Notes: generated from the sequence alone by a model not told the origin. A DNA stretch of 64,000 nt from Gekko japonicus (GCF_001447785.1 NW_015170911.1:712138-776137); one strand, 5' to 3'. Shown: positions 12,251 through 25,658, counted from the stretch's first letter. Numbers and translations: made by a program.

Positions 12251-12978
12251 TCATTAACAATGCTTCCCTGGACCAGTGTTTCCTGAAAATACTAAATGAA
12301 TCATATTTTTTACCATTGAATGGAAGGAAAAATAACCCAGTCACAGATTCAGTTGACTTCTGTGATTTCATATCCCAGTTTGTAACAACAAAATCTATAG
12401 GCCTATTGGAAACACTGTCACCTGCACGTTATCCCAAAACGAAAAAGTATTCTGCTACAAAAATTAGAACAATTGCATCCCAGAACATCAATAAAGGGTT
12501 TTAGTTAAATTACACTGGCATTAATCATTTGCTGACTTATTTGCTTTTTTAAGAAAATCAGGATTATTCAACATTACACTATTACTAAATAAGGTACTCA
12601 GATATTTGGACATAGATTACAATGAAATTCTCACCATTCTATATTTGTTAGTAATAACAACTGGTTTCTATCTTTAAAGGGATAAATTATTCAAGACTGT
12701 CTGAATTTAACTTTTAAACACATCAGTCAATATTCCATGTATCATGAAAATACTCGTACATTGAGGCAGTGGACATCCAACCATTTCAGCCTCCTCTGCT
12801 CATATTGCCCTACTTAGTGGTCCCTTGGTGCTATAGAATGCACAGCACTCTCCAGCAAATTGGACGCCTATTGAACACCTAGCTGCGCCCATAGAGGAGG
12901 CATTCTGGACTCTCATGAATTTGTCTGCCATCCTATTGAAGTGATTTTCATCTGATTCTAAATTGTATGTTTTAATAT

Positions 12979-13125
12979 TAAGAACATAAAAACATAAGAG
13001 CTGCCAATGTTGGATCAGGCCAAAGGCCCATCCAGTCCAACACTCTGTCACACAGTGGCCAAAAATACCAGGTGTCATCAGGAGGTCCACCAGTGGGGCC
13101 AGGACATTAGAAGCCCTCCCACTGT
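12979..13125 (-). mobile_element. CR1 LINE 3' end (short second copy in tandem with the next element)
   Basis: TAAGAACATAA tail and TTGGATCAGGCCAAAGGCCCATCCAGTCCAACACTCTG, nearly identical to 13148-13290. Confidence 0.85.
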
Positions 13126-13147
13126 CGAATCAAGCAATCCTGCTGAC

Positions 13148-13881
13148 TAAGAACATAAGAGACGCCAATGTTGGATCAGGCCAAAGGCCCATCCAGTCCA
13201 ACACTCTGTGTCACACAGTGGCCAGAAATACCAGATGCCATCAGGAGGTCCAGCAGTGGGGCCAGGACATTAGAAGCCCTCCCACTGTTGACCTCCCCTC
13301 GAGCACCAAGAAGACAGAGCATCACTTGCCCCAGAGTCCCTATCTATACCTTGTGGCTAATAGCCACTGATGGACCTCTGCTCCATATACTTATGTAATT
13401 CCCTTTTGAAGAAGTCCATGCTTGTAGCCACCACCACTTCCTGTGGCAGTGAATTCCATGTGTTAATCACTCTTTGGGTGAAGAAGTACTTCCTTTTATC
13501 CGTTCTAACCCGACCGCTCAGCAATTTCATTGAGTGCCCACGAGTTCTTGTATTGTGAGAAAGGGAGAAAAGTACCTCTTTCTCTACCTGCTCTATCCCA
13601 TGCATAATCTTATAAACCTCAATCATGTCACCCCTCAGTCGTCATTTCTCCAAGCTAAAGAGCCCTAAGCGCCTTAACCGTTCCTCATAGGGAAAGTGTT
13701 CCAACCCTTTTATCATTCGAGTTGCCCTTTTCTGCACTTTTTCCAAAGCTATAATATCCTTTTTAAGGTGTGGTGACCAGAACTGCACACAGTATTCCAA
13801 ATGAGGTCTCACCATTGATTTATATAGGGGCATTATTATATTGGCTGATCTGTTTTCAATACCCTTCCTAATAATCCCCAT
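13148..13881 (-). mobile_element. 5'-truncated CR1 LINE (ORF2 C-terminus plus 3' UTR)
   Basis: ORFs [44 protein letters not shown]...RLGLFSLEK and MIEVYKIMHG...RTRGHSMKL...FFTQRVINTWNSLP are canonical CR1 sequence. Confidence 0.95.
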
Positions 13882-14124
13882 TCTTAACTATGATATTTTT
13901 TGTAACTGTTGTGACCGCCCTGAGCCCGCTTGCAGGGGAGGGCAGGATACAAATCAAACCGAATAATTTAATTTTAAAAGCAGAGATACCTTACAGCTTT
14001 AACAAACACCGAAAACTTATGATGTAAGAGCAAAACATAAATGTGGCTGGTTAGCAAACCTTGATTAAAAGGGACACCTGGGGTGGAATCCAGCCAGATT
14101 ACTCAGTCTCTCCCAATTCTTGAC

Positions 14125-16239
14125 CTTATTACAGACCCTTTGCCATGCGGATTTTGTTTATGCAAGCCCCCCCCCCCAATTATCTTCAGGATAGCCTTTG
14201 TTGGTGGGAAAAGGGCCCCTCCCCCCTTTTTTAAATTAGCTTTAAATTTTATTGCAGTAAAATATGTACAACCGGCACTTTAGAGATATGAAATTTTTTA
14301 CTAATATGTGTGTGTAAATTTTCCCTGCCTTTCTCTTATTATGTATTCTCAATTGATTTAATTCGACAATGAATTAAAGATTATGTGTTTGATATATTGG
14401 AATGTGTGGTACTAAGATTTCTTGGTGAAGAGTCGAACACTAGGTGTGTAGTTAAGTCTGAATAGTACCTTGTATTATCACTAAAAAGTAACACTAAAAC
14501 AATATGTGCTCAAATATAAATAAAACTTCGATTATAGTCTGTCTCTGCACTTCTACCTCCCTAAATCGGGAGGTGGAAGACTGGGGAACTCCCTATCCTC
14601 GGTTTCAAAGAAACCTCCCCAGCAATTTGTCCAGAGAAGAGACTACAATATGTGAAGTTAGTAAATCAAGCAAAATTCCCCCCCCCAACTCCATTTGAAA
14701 GATATATAAACAAGAAATGTAAAAACAGCAACGTTATAAAAAGTTAAATATCTGGAAATTCATGAGGTGATTCATGCATAACATTAACATGGAAGAACTA
14801 GTTTTGATAATTTCCATTTTAATGATATAGGCTTTTTGGGACCTTAGCAAAGCCTCTTTTAAAGAGTAATACTAAAAAATAAAACAGTGTGGATGCCTTT
14901 TCCGGCATTCAAATACCTACTAAATACAACGTTAAACAAAACTTAGGCTCAGGGGTAAGAAGCAAAACAGTCAGGTTCCGATGGCAGTCACAAATTTCTT
15001 TATGGCTGGGAGTTCGTTCTCCATTTCTTCCATATCTGTTCCGTGCACTCAATGTTGCTTGAAAGCACTGTGAAGCTATCGTTGGGCTTAGTAGCTGGCA
15101 ATGAGTCAGTTCCATGGAGATTAATGATGGATTAGGCTTCGGCCACAGTCTTGATGGTCGTTGTATTAGAAAGTCAGTTCTCCGTGTCCTGTGTGTCTGA
15201 TGTTGTGGGCGGCGTAGTGGCATCGTTTGTTCGTTTGATTGGTAAACTCCATGGTCGGACTGATATTGAGGTAAGTTAACAGCTTCACGCCCTCTTCATT
15301 GTCAGAAATTCTGTGCGTCTTTCCTTTGAATGTGAATTGCAAGATAAGAGGTGTAATCCAGGAATATTTAAGGTCTGCTTCTCTTAGAATGCTGGTGGTC
15401 TGTTTCATTTCACGTCGCTTCTGCAGAGCCTCTCGGGGAAGGTCCGGATAAACTTCAATTTTTTGATTAAGATAGTCCAAGTGACCATTTCTCCGTGCAT
15501 GCGACAGGATTTTTTTCCGGAATCTACCATCCATGAGGGTGATCATCACGTCTCGTGAAGGTCTTGTTTTTAGTAGGGTGGTAGGTCCTAGTCGAAAGGC
15601 TTTTGTAATTAATGGAGACTGATCTCCTTCGGTGCCCACCACTTGCGCAAGCCATGTTGAGAGGTGGAATGCTAAATCTCCATTTTTCTCTATATTTTCT
15701 CCCAACCCTCTCAGTTTTAAATTGTTCTGCCGCAGAGTCAGGTCTAGCTTCATGGTTTTTTCAGCTAAAATTTCCTCAGCCTGTTGCATTTGCTGGATAC
15801 TGTTATGGTTAGTTATGCTATTCTGAATGGCCATTTCCGCAGTATGGTTAGTTTCTTTTATATTTTTTTCGGCATTTTCTAGGCGATCGTATAAGGGTTT
15901 AAACATTGAATTAACATGTGTGGAAAATGTTTGCTCCATTGTCATCAGCGCCTCTTTTAAATCGGCTGTGGTAATGGGCGCGATTTTATCGGCCTCGGAG
16001 ATGACGGTCGCCATTTTGTCGGGTGTTCGATCGTCAGGGCTCAAATTTGTAATCGTAGCTGGGGATTCTAACCTGTTTTTATCTTTTTTCAGTTTTTTCA
16101 CTGAGGGTTGGGTAGACTTCAAGGTTTCTTTCTCCATATATTTTGTGTTGTTCTGTTGCCGTTATGTTTGATATCGGAGTTGAATGGGGATCGGGTTCAG
16201 CGGAGCTTACGGTTTAGGCAGCCATCTCTCCCTCCTCCC
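14125..16239 (-). mobile_element. L1 LINE 5' half (5' UTR, ORF1, AT-rich spacer); ORF2 absent
   Basis: The 5' end GGGAGGAGGGAGAGATGGCTGCC is an L1-type G-rich start with a YY1-like GATGGC. It is followed by ORF1 and ~1 kb of AT-rich sequence. The lower boundary is approximate. Confidence 0.8.
15166..16137 (-). CDS. L1 ORF1p (coiled coil, RRM and CTD), 323 aa, uninterrupted
   Basis: Heptad-rich N-terminal half, then LRQNNLKLRGLGE, AFRLG..RPSRDVMI and IEVYPDLPREALQKRREM..LREADLKYSW, characteristic of L1 ORF1p. Confidence 0.85.
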   Translation of the reverse strand: MEKETLKSTQPSVKKLKKDKNRLESPATITNLSPDDRTPDKMATVISEADKIAPITTADLKEALMTMEQTFSTHVNSMFKPLYDRLENAEKNIKETNHTAEMAIQNSITNHNSIQQMQQAEEILAEKTMKLDLTLRQNNLKLRGLGENIEKNGDLAFHLSTWLAQVVGTEGDQSPLITKAFRLGPTTLLKTRPSRDVMITLMDGRFRKKILSHARRNGHLDYLNQKIEVYPDLPREALQKRREMKQTTSILREADLKYSWITPLILQFTFKGKTHRISDNEEGVKLLTYLNISPTMEFTNQTNKRCHYAAHNIRHTGHGELTF

Positions 16240-17051
16240 TTTTTTGAAACAGTGGAAAACTAGTTGGATTGCACTGATGTTGCAGAAAATCTCCCACACA
16301 CCTCAAGCCAAGTTACCGGCAAAAACAAACATGTCTAAAAAGCCTCAGTGGGAAGCACATTTGGATAGTGCAAATGCATTTCACACCGAAGTGTCTGGGG
16401 TAAAGGAGAACAAAACATTGCTCCCAAAAGATTTAGTGTGAAATGCATTTGCACTATCTATGATTAAGATTAAGGAACATCTGCACTATACAAAAAATGT
16501 CAGCAAGAAATAAACCACACATACAAACCTGAACAAGCCGGGTCTTCAATCAGAGAACCTGGGACCCTTCCTTTCCTTCCTATTTATTCAAGAAGAACTT
16601 TACTGGTACATGTGGAGAAGGAAACAGAAAGCACCAGAACACATAGTATCATCTGCCACCTTGTTGACGTAATGGACAGAACAGGAACGTACAGGGCTGC
16701 TCCCAATAAATAGCAACTGGCTAACCTTGCCACTTTGTCAGTGAACCAGTGAACCATTCAAATTCAGTTATCTAGCTTGTACTCAGGAAAAATTGACATA
16801 TATCAACCAAAAGGAGGAAGCAGCAACATCAGCAAATCTGACCACCATCTCACAGTTCACCTTTCCACCATACTCTGTCTCTGGCATCTGCTACACAATT
16901 AAAAAACTGGTAGAAGCAATAGTGCCGACACTGAATAGCTCCAGAAATATTTCTAAAAATGGCCTTTAGCTGTCTTGCTGTAGTAGGGCAGGGATCTAAA
17001 AGTGCAAAAAACACTTTAGGTGTGTATTTTCTTAGCTACATGAACACATGG

Positions 17052-17222
17052 CAGTGTTAATGTGAGCTAGCTTATAGTTTTTTAGCCTCCAGCTCACGCA
17101 TTTTAGTCTTAGGAAGGATGGCTCCAGAGCAAACTAATTTATGCAGTAGCCAAACCTTAATGCCAGTAGCTCACAAAGTAGAATTTTTGCTCACAAGACT
17201 CCACAGCTTAGAGGAAGCATTG
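17052..17222. mobile_element. hAT-type MITE (CAGTG...CATTG family), internally deleted
   Basis: Same internal sequence as 47714-47919 and 55339-55544 (GTGAGCTAGC...GCCAGTAGCTCACAAAGTAGAATTTTTGCTCACAAGACTCC). Confidence 0.75.
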
Positions 17223-18222
17223 CACATAGGTATAAATCCCCATATACCAGGGATTTATGACATGCCTAGTCATATGCAGGAGTGCTACCTATGCCATGTA
17301 ATAAAAAATGTGTGTCTTATATGAAATTAAAATTAAAGTTGCCTCAAAAGGAATGCCTTTTGTTTGTTACATCTTAAGCACCACAAAGCTTTTTGTCATT
17401 GCCACTCAACAACTACATCAGATAACAGATTCAAGTCCATTAGCACCTTCAAGGTGAACAAGAGTTGCAAGGCATAAGGTGCTGAGAGTCAGACACAAGT
17501 AGAAGTGGAGATCTCCAACTCAAAGGTGCAAATGGACTTGAATCTAGCTGTTCTACTGAAGACCAACACAGCTGCAGTGCTCTCTAAAACCAGATAATAG
17601 GAATTTGTATAAAAGCAAAGGGTCTCTCCTGCTAATATTCAAAAACAGGGTTCCATAAAAACTACAAATTCAACTGAAGCCCCTGAAGAAGAAACCATAT
17701 CAAAACAAACGTAAGGATTTTCTTTGGAATTTTGAAAACACCACTTTTAGAGCAATAAAAACCAGAAGTACTGTCTAGAGGTTTTGGAAGGAATGCTTCA
17801 ACAGCAGCTTGGTTATAAAAACATTATTTCACAGGAAGGTTTCTCCTCCTATTTGATCTGACAATTGAGATGCCCAGCAGTGCAAAAGCTCATTTCAATA
17901 TTTTCCAATACATTTGCACAAAACCAAAAGGTTCCAAATTATGTAGCGACATATCACTAGATGGTCAAACTCCACTTTTAAACCCAATTATCACAGGCTT
18001 TTTTGCACAGTGTTATCATCTCGGTACTTTATTCATACTGCACAAGTCACCTACCTGGTATAAAGGATATATTCACTAACATAGCTTGCCATTCTGGGAA
18101 TTAGTGCTGGAAAGCTCCTGGCTTACACTCTGTCTCTTGCTCTGCTCAGAAAATTAATCACTTTCACATTTGCTACAAATCATAATTTGTCATACTATCC
18201 CAATCACTGCATCTCTTCCCAG

Positions 18223-21200
18223 CATCCAATTCAGAAGTCTCTCTCTGCTCAACTGATGCTAACCGATCAGATCTCTTGGAACAGCCTGTCACTCAAGGTT
18301 CTCTGGCTCTGTGAAGAATTAACCATTCACAGTCCTTTATCTGTTTACACAGCACTTCTAAGCTTTTAAAAGTGCAGTCCATCACATGTCTCACCCTTTG
18401 AGTTAATTGTTTCAGGGGAGGTTCTCACAAGCCTCTCCTGTGCAATGAGTGAAGCAGGTGGGTGCATACTACCGTTCTGTTTAACACCAATAGTTAAACA
18501 TATTGTGCCAACATATATGCAACATTCAAAATGCATCAACCACCTGTTTCAACAACCTCCATCCTTAAGTGGTTCTGGAGAGAGCATCCGCAATGACATT
18601 CTCCTTCCCTTTTATGAGCACGATGTCAAAATTGTAATCCTGTAACTGAAGACTCCATTTTATCAGTTTACAGTTTGTACTCTTCACCTGGTTTAACTAG
18701 TGCAACGGTGAATGGTCAGTGCACAGAGTGAATTTCCTTCCCCATAGGTATGGCTTCAAGTTACCTATGGCCCACACTATTGCCAAACATTCCCTCTCAG
18801 TCACAGACAAGTGTTGCTCTCTTTCCATCAAATTTCTATTAAGGTAAAGGATGGGATGTTGATTTCCATCCTCCCTAGACTGACTTAACATGGCTCCTAT
18901 CCCAACATTAGTTGCATCTCTGTAGAAGGGTAAAGTGTTTCACGAAATCAGGAGCCCTTAACACTGGCTCTGAGGTTAGTCCCTTTTTAGGTGTCAGATG
19001 CAGTTTGGCATTCTTGTGTCCAAGTCACCTTATCGGGAAAGGATTCCTTTGTGCATTCACACAAAGGAGCAGTGATGGAACTAAATTCAGGAATGAACCT
19101 CCTATAATAATCCACAACCCCTATAAATGCTCTGATCTACCTTTTGGCTATGAGTCTAGGCCACTCTTGTATAACTTGCACCTTGCCTGAGTCAGGTTTG
19201 ATTATTCCACCGCCAAGTGACCTAGGCATTTCACTTGACTCACTGCTATTTGACAGTTTGAGGCTTTTACAGTCAATCCTGCCTCCGTGATTTTCTGAAA
19301 TACAATTGCCAGATGTTGGAGGTGTTTGTTCCAGGTTTGGTTGAAGATGGTGATGTCATCTATATAGGCAAGAACAAAGTCTTTTAACTCTGTTAACAAC
19401 TTATCAGCCTATGGAAAGTGGCTGGGGCATTCCTAAGACCAAATGCTAAGGCCATGAACTCAAAGAATCCCTCTCTAGTCACAAAAACTGTTTTGGATAG
19501 GTCCTTAGGATCCATGGCCACCTGCCAAAATCCTTTTGTTAGTTCAACCGTGGATGTGGCAGTAAGCCTGCAGGCCTTATTCTACACCTGGAGAGACGTC
19601 TCTCTCTCTATCTCTCTGGAAACCCACCACCACCACCTGACCTTTGTAGGAACTGCCCACTGCTTCCCTCCCAAGTTCTGGGGCCTTGCCTCTGTGTTTC
19701 CTGCTGCCCAGCGCCTGGTCACCATGGGGACAGTTTACTGCCTTGCACATCCCTCGTGGAATAGCCACTTCCCAACTGCCGGCCTTCCCCCAGCGCTCAT
19801 TTAAAATAATGTGTCCAAGATGGTGGAGAACTATGTAGTACAGAGAACCACTACGAACATCAAAAGTTATAAAGTATTAATTAAAAAGAAAATGTTCACA
19901 AGCATACTTTCAGCACAGCACCAGACTGAGCAAGGAATTAAAAAGAAACGGGTAAAATGTAATTCCTCAGTCCCCTCTGTATACATGCCCTGTCATATGT
20001 TAAAAATATAGGACAGATCCCTGAACTTATGTTATAGATCTCTACAGAGTTCCCATTACCTTGAACCTTCCTTCAGCTGATGAATCCACTGCATGGCCAA
20101 TGGCTGCCTCCTCCAGACCTCAGTTAAGAGTTCTGCCTGCTCTGATGGACTCCGCACAAGAGAGACCTTCCTCCTTGCTCCCCTGAATTTTATCACCTCT
20201 CTTTTTCCCACCCACTGACCAGATCAGCAAAGCTTTTCCTGAGCCTCTAGAATTTTCCTTCCTGAAGCCTCTCTAGTATTTAATTCCTCCAAATCTCTGT
20301 TCCTTGCTTGGGGAAGGGGGAGAGCTTGACCCACCCATTATCTCTCCTACTAGATCTATTAGCATTTGTATGAAAGTGGGGCTGAGATACATCTGGAAAG
20401 CAACTGAACTGACCTCATCCCTTCCTGCCTGCTCTCTGCCCAGAGAGGGAAAAAAACTTTTAAGACACAAAATGAAGATTTTGCTCATTTCAACTCCAAG
20501 GAAAAAAGGCATTTCTTCACAGGGGAAATGAACTGTGCAGTCCCCATGGTTTCCTCCAGTTCATCTACCACTGGCATCAGATTAGAGTCTGCCGCTCTTA
20601 ACCACTACACCAAACTGGACGGGACTGTAACTTTGTTTAACCTTTGATACATCTGGGACTGTAACCTTGCTTAACCTTCGATAGTCAATGCAAAATCTTA
20701 CTGTATTATCTGATTTCAGAACTAAAATAACTGGTGAGGCCCAAGGAGTTTCTTAATGAACTATAACATCCCTCTCAATACTGGCATTTGGACCAGTTAC
20801 TTTATAAGGTGGGAGAGCAACAGGACTAGCATCTCTAGTATCAATCTTGTTCTGATCTAACTGGGTTCTCCCCCCATCCACTTTCCTCCCTCAGAGGCAA
20901 TATTTTCCCTCCGTTTCTCTTTAAACCTTTACTGACTGAGCCACCCTAGTAATGTGTTTTCTTCTTTGATGAAGAACTCTGGCTGTCCCACCCTGTCACA
21001 GTACAATATTTTGGCTGTTGGCTCAGCCCAGGAACCTGAGGGGAGCATCATGCATCCTCCCCTTTAACTTAAACAACTTAAATGGCACTTGAGGCATTTT
21101 GAAATTCAAAAATAACAAAATATTTTGTTTAACATAGAGGGGAAAGGTCAGTTGAAATCAGGGGTTGAAAATTTCTGAGGTAACTCTTTTGGTTTCCAGA

Positions 21201-22126
21201 AGGCTGGTATACTCTTTCCAGTACCCAAACTCCTTGTCTTGAAACACCACTATTTGTCTTGAGTTTTAACTGACTCTTAAGGTCTCCAAAGGCAGTTTCT
21301 AACCACACCAGATGAGGGATCTCTTCACTCTTCAGAGCTAAGTCTCTGTTTGACTGGGTACGGAAATTCTTCTCTCACTAGATAATCTATCCCCTTTCTT
21401 TGGCCAGAATGGGAGTCTTCACCTACTTCCCATGTTGGTTGTTAATATCCAGCAGTCAGATCATGAGGATCTAAGTGACAGCAGGCAAACTGCTGATAAC
21501 AAGTCCTGACTGGTTCAGACCAGATAAGGTATGAGGTCAGTAATTATGACTCAGCATGAAGCTGACTGGACACTCAAATGTATATAAGTGGACATGTACT
21601 GCTCTGTATTTTTCTTCTCTTGGATATGGTGTTTGGCGGAGCAGTTTGTCAGTGGAGTGTATATCTCTCCTTATATATAATTGAATAGTGGGTGCCAAAG
21701 TTCTAAAATGCACTCCTTTAGTGTACGGAAGAACCTGCTCTGCAGTGAATGCTGGAGTGCTAGAGCGGCTGGGAAAGTCCTGCTGGCTGGTGGTGCTGGA
21801 AAGTTGCTTCAAACGCACTGTGCAACATCCCAAACTTCCTTGACAACTTTCCCCCAATTCTCCCGTCTGTGTTAAACTGTTCTCAATCAGGGCTGAATTC
21901 TGAAACTGTCCGTGCTCAACTCTTCTCAGCTAGGGCTGAAATCAGGCTGAATTTGCCTCACCATCCAGTTCAGAAGATTTTCTCTGTTCAGCTGATGCTA
22001 ATCAATCAGATCTCTTGGAACAGCCTATCACTCATGGCTCTCTGACTCGGTTATGAATGAACCCTTCACAGTCCTTTATCTGTTTATACAGCACTTTTAG
22101 AACTTTTAAAAGTGCAGTCCGTCACA
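18223..22126 (-). mobile_element. Degenerate Gypsy/Ty3 LTR retrotransposon (Gmr1-like domain order suspected)
   Basis: Direct repeats at 18223-18386 and 21962-22126 both begin TGTGA on the minus strand (LTR starts). A PPT-like CAAAGGGTGAGACA precedes the 3' LTR. RT motifs: LTKGFWQV..FGLRNAPATF and AYIDDI. RNase H motifs: ERECLAIVWAI..F.LCTDHSPL and NVIADALSR. The true LTR lower boundaries are not resolved. Confidence 0.85.
18565..19555 (-). pseudogene. Gypsy pol RT-RNase H remnant (frameshifts and stops)
   Basis: Motifs are spread over ORFs 19202-19399 and 18697-18891 and adjacent frames. The reading ends ...KENVIADALSRTT-TAA at 18567-18565. Confidence 0.85.
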
Positions 22127-25100
22127 GGCCCAATTTTCCTGCAAGTGGAAGCCTCTGGCTTTTTACCGTACTAATTGGATGTTCACAAGGTCTAGCATAG
22201 TTTAGTATAGTACTCAGAAATTGCTAAAGATTCTGTAGGAACCTGTCCTCCCTAGCATAAGTTCTTCTGTCAAACAATACTCATCTCCCTATTCCTGAAA
22301 AGCAATGTGAACTAGGGAGGGAGAATGAACTATAGATTTGTTTAGATATCACCATGGTAACCTCAGTTACAATCCGCACCTCATGTACACACCCTGTAAC
22401 ACCACCACTGACTCATGCAACCTGGGTGTGGTGTTCCGGGACTACAACTCTAGGACAACACTCAGCTTTCACAGCAAAGTTCCACACACACTGCACTTAT
22501 TCACCACACATTAGTGAATGTGGGATTTTAATAATGGCATAAACTCACATGTAAAGGGCAGGTAAACTCAAAGTCTTGAAGCTTTTTCATGGTATTCCAT
22601 AAAATTCACTGATGTGAGGAAACTGAAAGGTGACGTGATATATCTTGCATAAAGAAACGAAGAAAACTTCCAGGTCTACTTATAATCTAGGTTTTTAAAA
22701 AATGGGCTAAACTAACAAAACTCTAAACTATGCAAGGTACATTTTTATCTAATGTATAATCTATTCTGCTTTGGTTAGTACTGAGTAGGTAAAAGGAGCT
22801 AAGCAAAGCACTGAAGCCTTTATGACAACAGCAATATTTACAGTCTTTATAATAATAATAAGCACACTTTATAATAACTGCAACCCTATTCATTCTGTCA
22901 TACATTTTTACCCCATCCTTCCCTTCAAGAAACAGAAAGCAGCCAACATGGATCTCTACTGCTCCATTTCGACAACCCTGTGACGCAGATGAAATTGGCC
23001 CAAAGTCACTCAATCAGCTTCATGGCGAACTCTGGATTTGAACCTGGAGTTTCCGCAATAACATTCCAATATTCTAATCACTACACCACACTGGTTCTCC
23101 TGTATGTGGAAGCTTATTTGCAACCATTATATGGGCTAGGACTTCTTTTTTGGTGAAAGCCAAACTTCCCAACCCCCAATTCTTCAGTTTTTTGGAATCA
23201 CTGAATACAGTCAGCCTTCAGCATTTCTTTGACAGCATTATTGTTCTTTCAATCTCCTAATGAGTACATCATAAATAATAAACGGCAAAAAAAGGGTTTT
23301 GCTTATATGGGTATTTCATAAGCATGGTGTTGGGAAACATGAGGAACAAAGCTTCCTCTGAAAGAATGCTTTTCATACTCTGTAAATTACAATTAAAGCT
23401 TCACTAGGCTTTGTCTGGGTAGGTCACAAGGAGGACATGCATGGTGGCTTCAGCAGAAGAAAATTGCACAATTGATGTTTTGTTCTCCAATGGTGTAGGC
23501 TCTTAATATTTCATCACCTACATGAAAAATGTCTGTCTATAGGGACAAAGTTCAAACATGCTCTGCTGGTTCAGGAGCATTTGAATCTTGCAATTTATCA
23601 GCCGGGTCCCTGATGGGGGAAAAAAAGCATGAGTGTTCCCAAAGTCTACTCACACGGCCTTTCTTCCAGTTTGTCTTTTCAAATGCTACTCTATGACAAA
23701 ACTTCAGCAAAAAGGTTTTCAACACACATGCCATCTGCAACTCCAAGCTCAAGCGCAAGTCTCAAAATCCAGCTCTGTCAGACCCCTATTGCCTCTGTTC
23801 CCCTCACCAGTCAGATCATTCAAAGAACAGAAGCACTGCTTGAAGGAATGTCTTCCATGAAGCAAATCACCAGCACAACAATCCAATGTTAAGCAAAATT
23901 ATAAGTTTAGGAATCAGGACTTGTTTTCTTCCATCAGAACCCAGGGCAAACCCCCACTGCTATACAATAGCCTTCAGATTCCTCAAGGCCAACCTCCAAA
24001 ATGAAATGCACAAGCTTCCAAAAATACATTGGCCAATCAGCAAACACTGAAAGAGGGTTCGTGTTCAGGTTCAACTTGTTAAACTGACTGGAGAAAGTAG
24101 TGGAGGGAGAGGAGAAGGGAAGGTAAAGGCAGCACAGGGTACAGGGTACCATCTGGTCTACAGACAACAAGCACGAAAAGAGAGGTGTCGGGAGTAGGAA
24201 GAAATTGGCACGCCTCACAATTCAGAAGCTTTTGGAAACAAATGAATACACCATTCCTTCCCAACTGTATAAAACTGTGCATAAACTTATCACACTGGAA
24301 ACGTAACAACAGAAAGATCTGCATGGTAGAAGCAACCCAGACTGGACACTTCTCCGCTTCGGTCCCAGATGGGTCAGAAAACAGAGAAGGAGAAGATGTA
24401 GCACTGGTGTTACTGGAAGACTCTGTTCCATTGTCAGAAGTACTGGCTCTTTGGTATGACCTCTCAACCTGGACATCAGGCATAAATCAAGTTCACTGAT
24501 TCGTTCTGGAGCAGAACATCAACTTATGGAAGCAGACTGAAAAGAACTTTATTCATACATAATGGTAAACCACTATGAAATCATAAAATGCTGGAAAGAA
24601 ATATGCAGTTGCCAACTAAAACAGATTAGATTGAAATCCCATCCAGGGACCAATGAGGCTGAGACCCAGTTTCTTTATCTATACGTCAGCATCCCTCAGA
24701 ATTTCAGGGCTAATTCATTTTACTTGAAGTCACCAAAAGCAGATTTTTCTTGCACGGTAACTAGCACTGTGAATTCAAGATATATCTTGGAACTGAAAGA
24801 CAACCAATGTGATATAGCAAATATAATACAAGATTTGGACAAGGAGAGCAGGATTATAATCCCCCTAACCAGTCATGAAGCTCAGCAGAGTGGCTGGATG
24901 TTTTTGGGACACAGACGCACAGAGCCTGGGAATGTGGGGGAATGGTCCAAAAGTTCCAGTGTGCATGGAACACAGTCTCCTGGATTGAAATCAGAAACAT
25001 AAAAATCAAGATGACAGAAGTTTAATTTGTGGTATGCACAAGAAAAAAAAAGTTCTCCCTCTTCAGAGTTAGTGCAGGAAGAACATTTCAGAAATATGGT

Positions 25101-25658
25101 AATTATGGTAAACCAAAGAGGACAATCAGGCACATGCCCAAACAAAATATTTTATCGTTCTACTTCCAAGATGGGAGGGGGGGACACCCAAGCAAGGGGC
25201 AGATTAGCATGAAAAAACAACCATGTTGTGTTTTAAACTGCAGAGAGTAGAATTCCTGATGCAGCCATTGCTAACGTTCAGGATAAAGTATCCAATGTCT
25301 TAAAATAGTCAAATGGATACAAATTTCTCGAGGAAAATTAAAAGAGGATTTAAACAATACATTTAAAGAAAAAAAGTTTATTTACAGGAAGTATTTAGCA
25401 ATATCCTAGTATTGATGGGCAGAAGGCACATGGAGATTTACAACATTCTCCTTTCCTGCAACTTCACAGCAATGAGCAGATTAAATCAATCCCTTTCTTT
25501 CCTCAGTAGAGCTCTGCTTGTGGAAGAGGAAGGAGGAGCAATTTCACTGTGTCCTTCTCACACCAGAAGCCTCCCCCAACATGCATGGCTGTTTCTCTGT
25601 ATAATCCCATGATCATTACCGGGGTTAAAATAAACTACAAAAACAGAGAATGAAGCAC

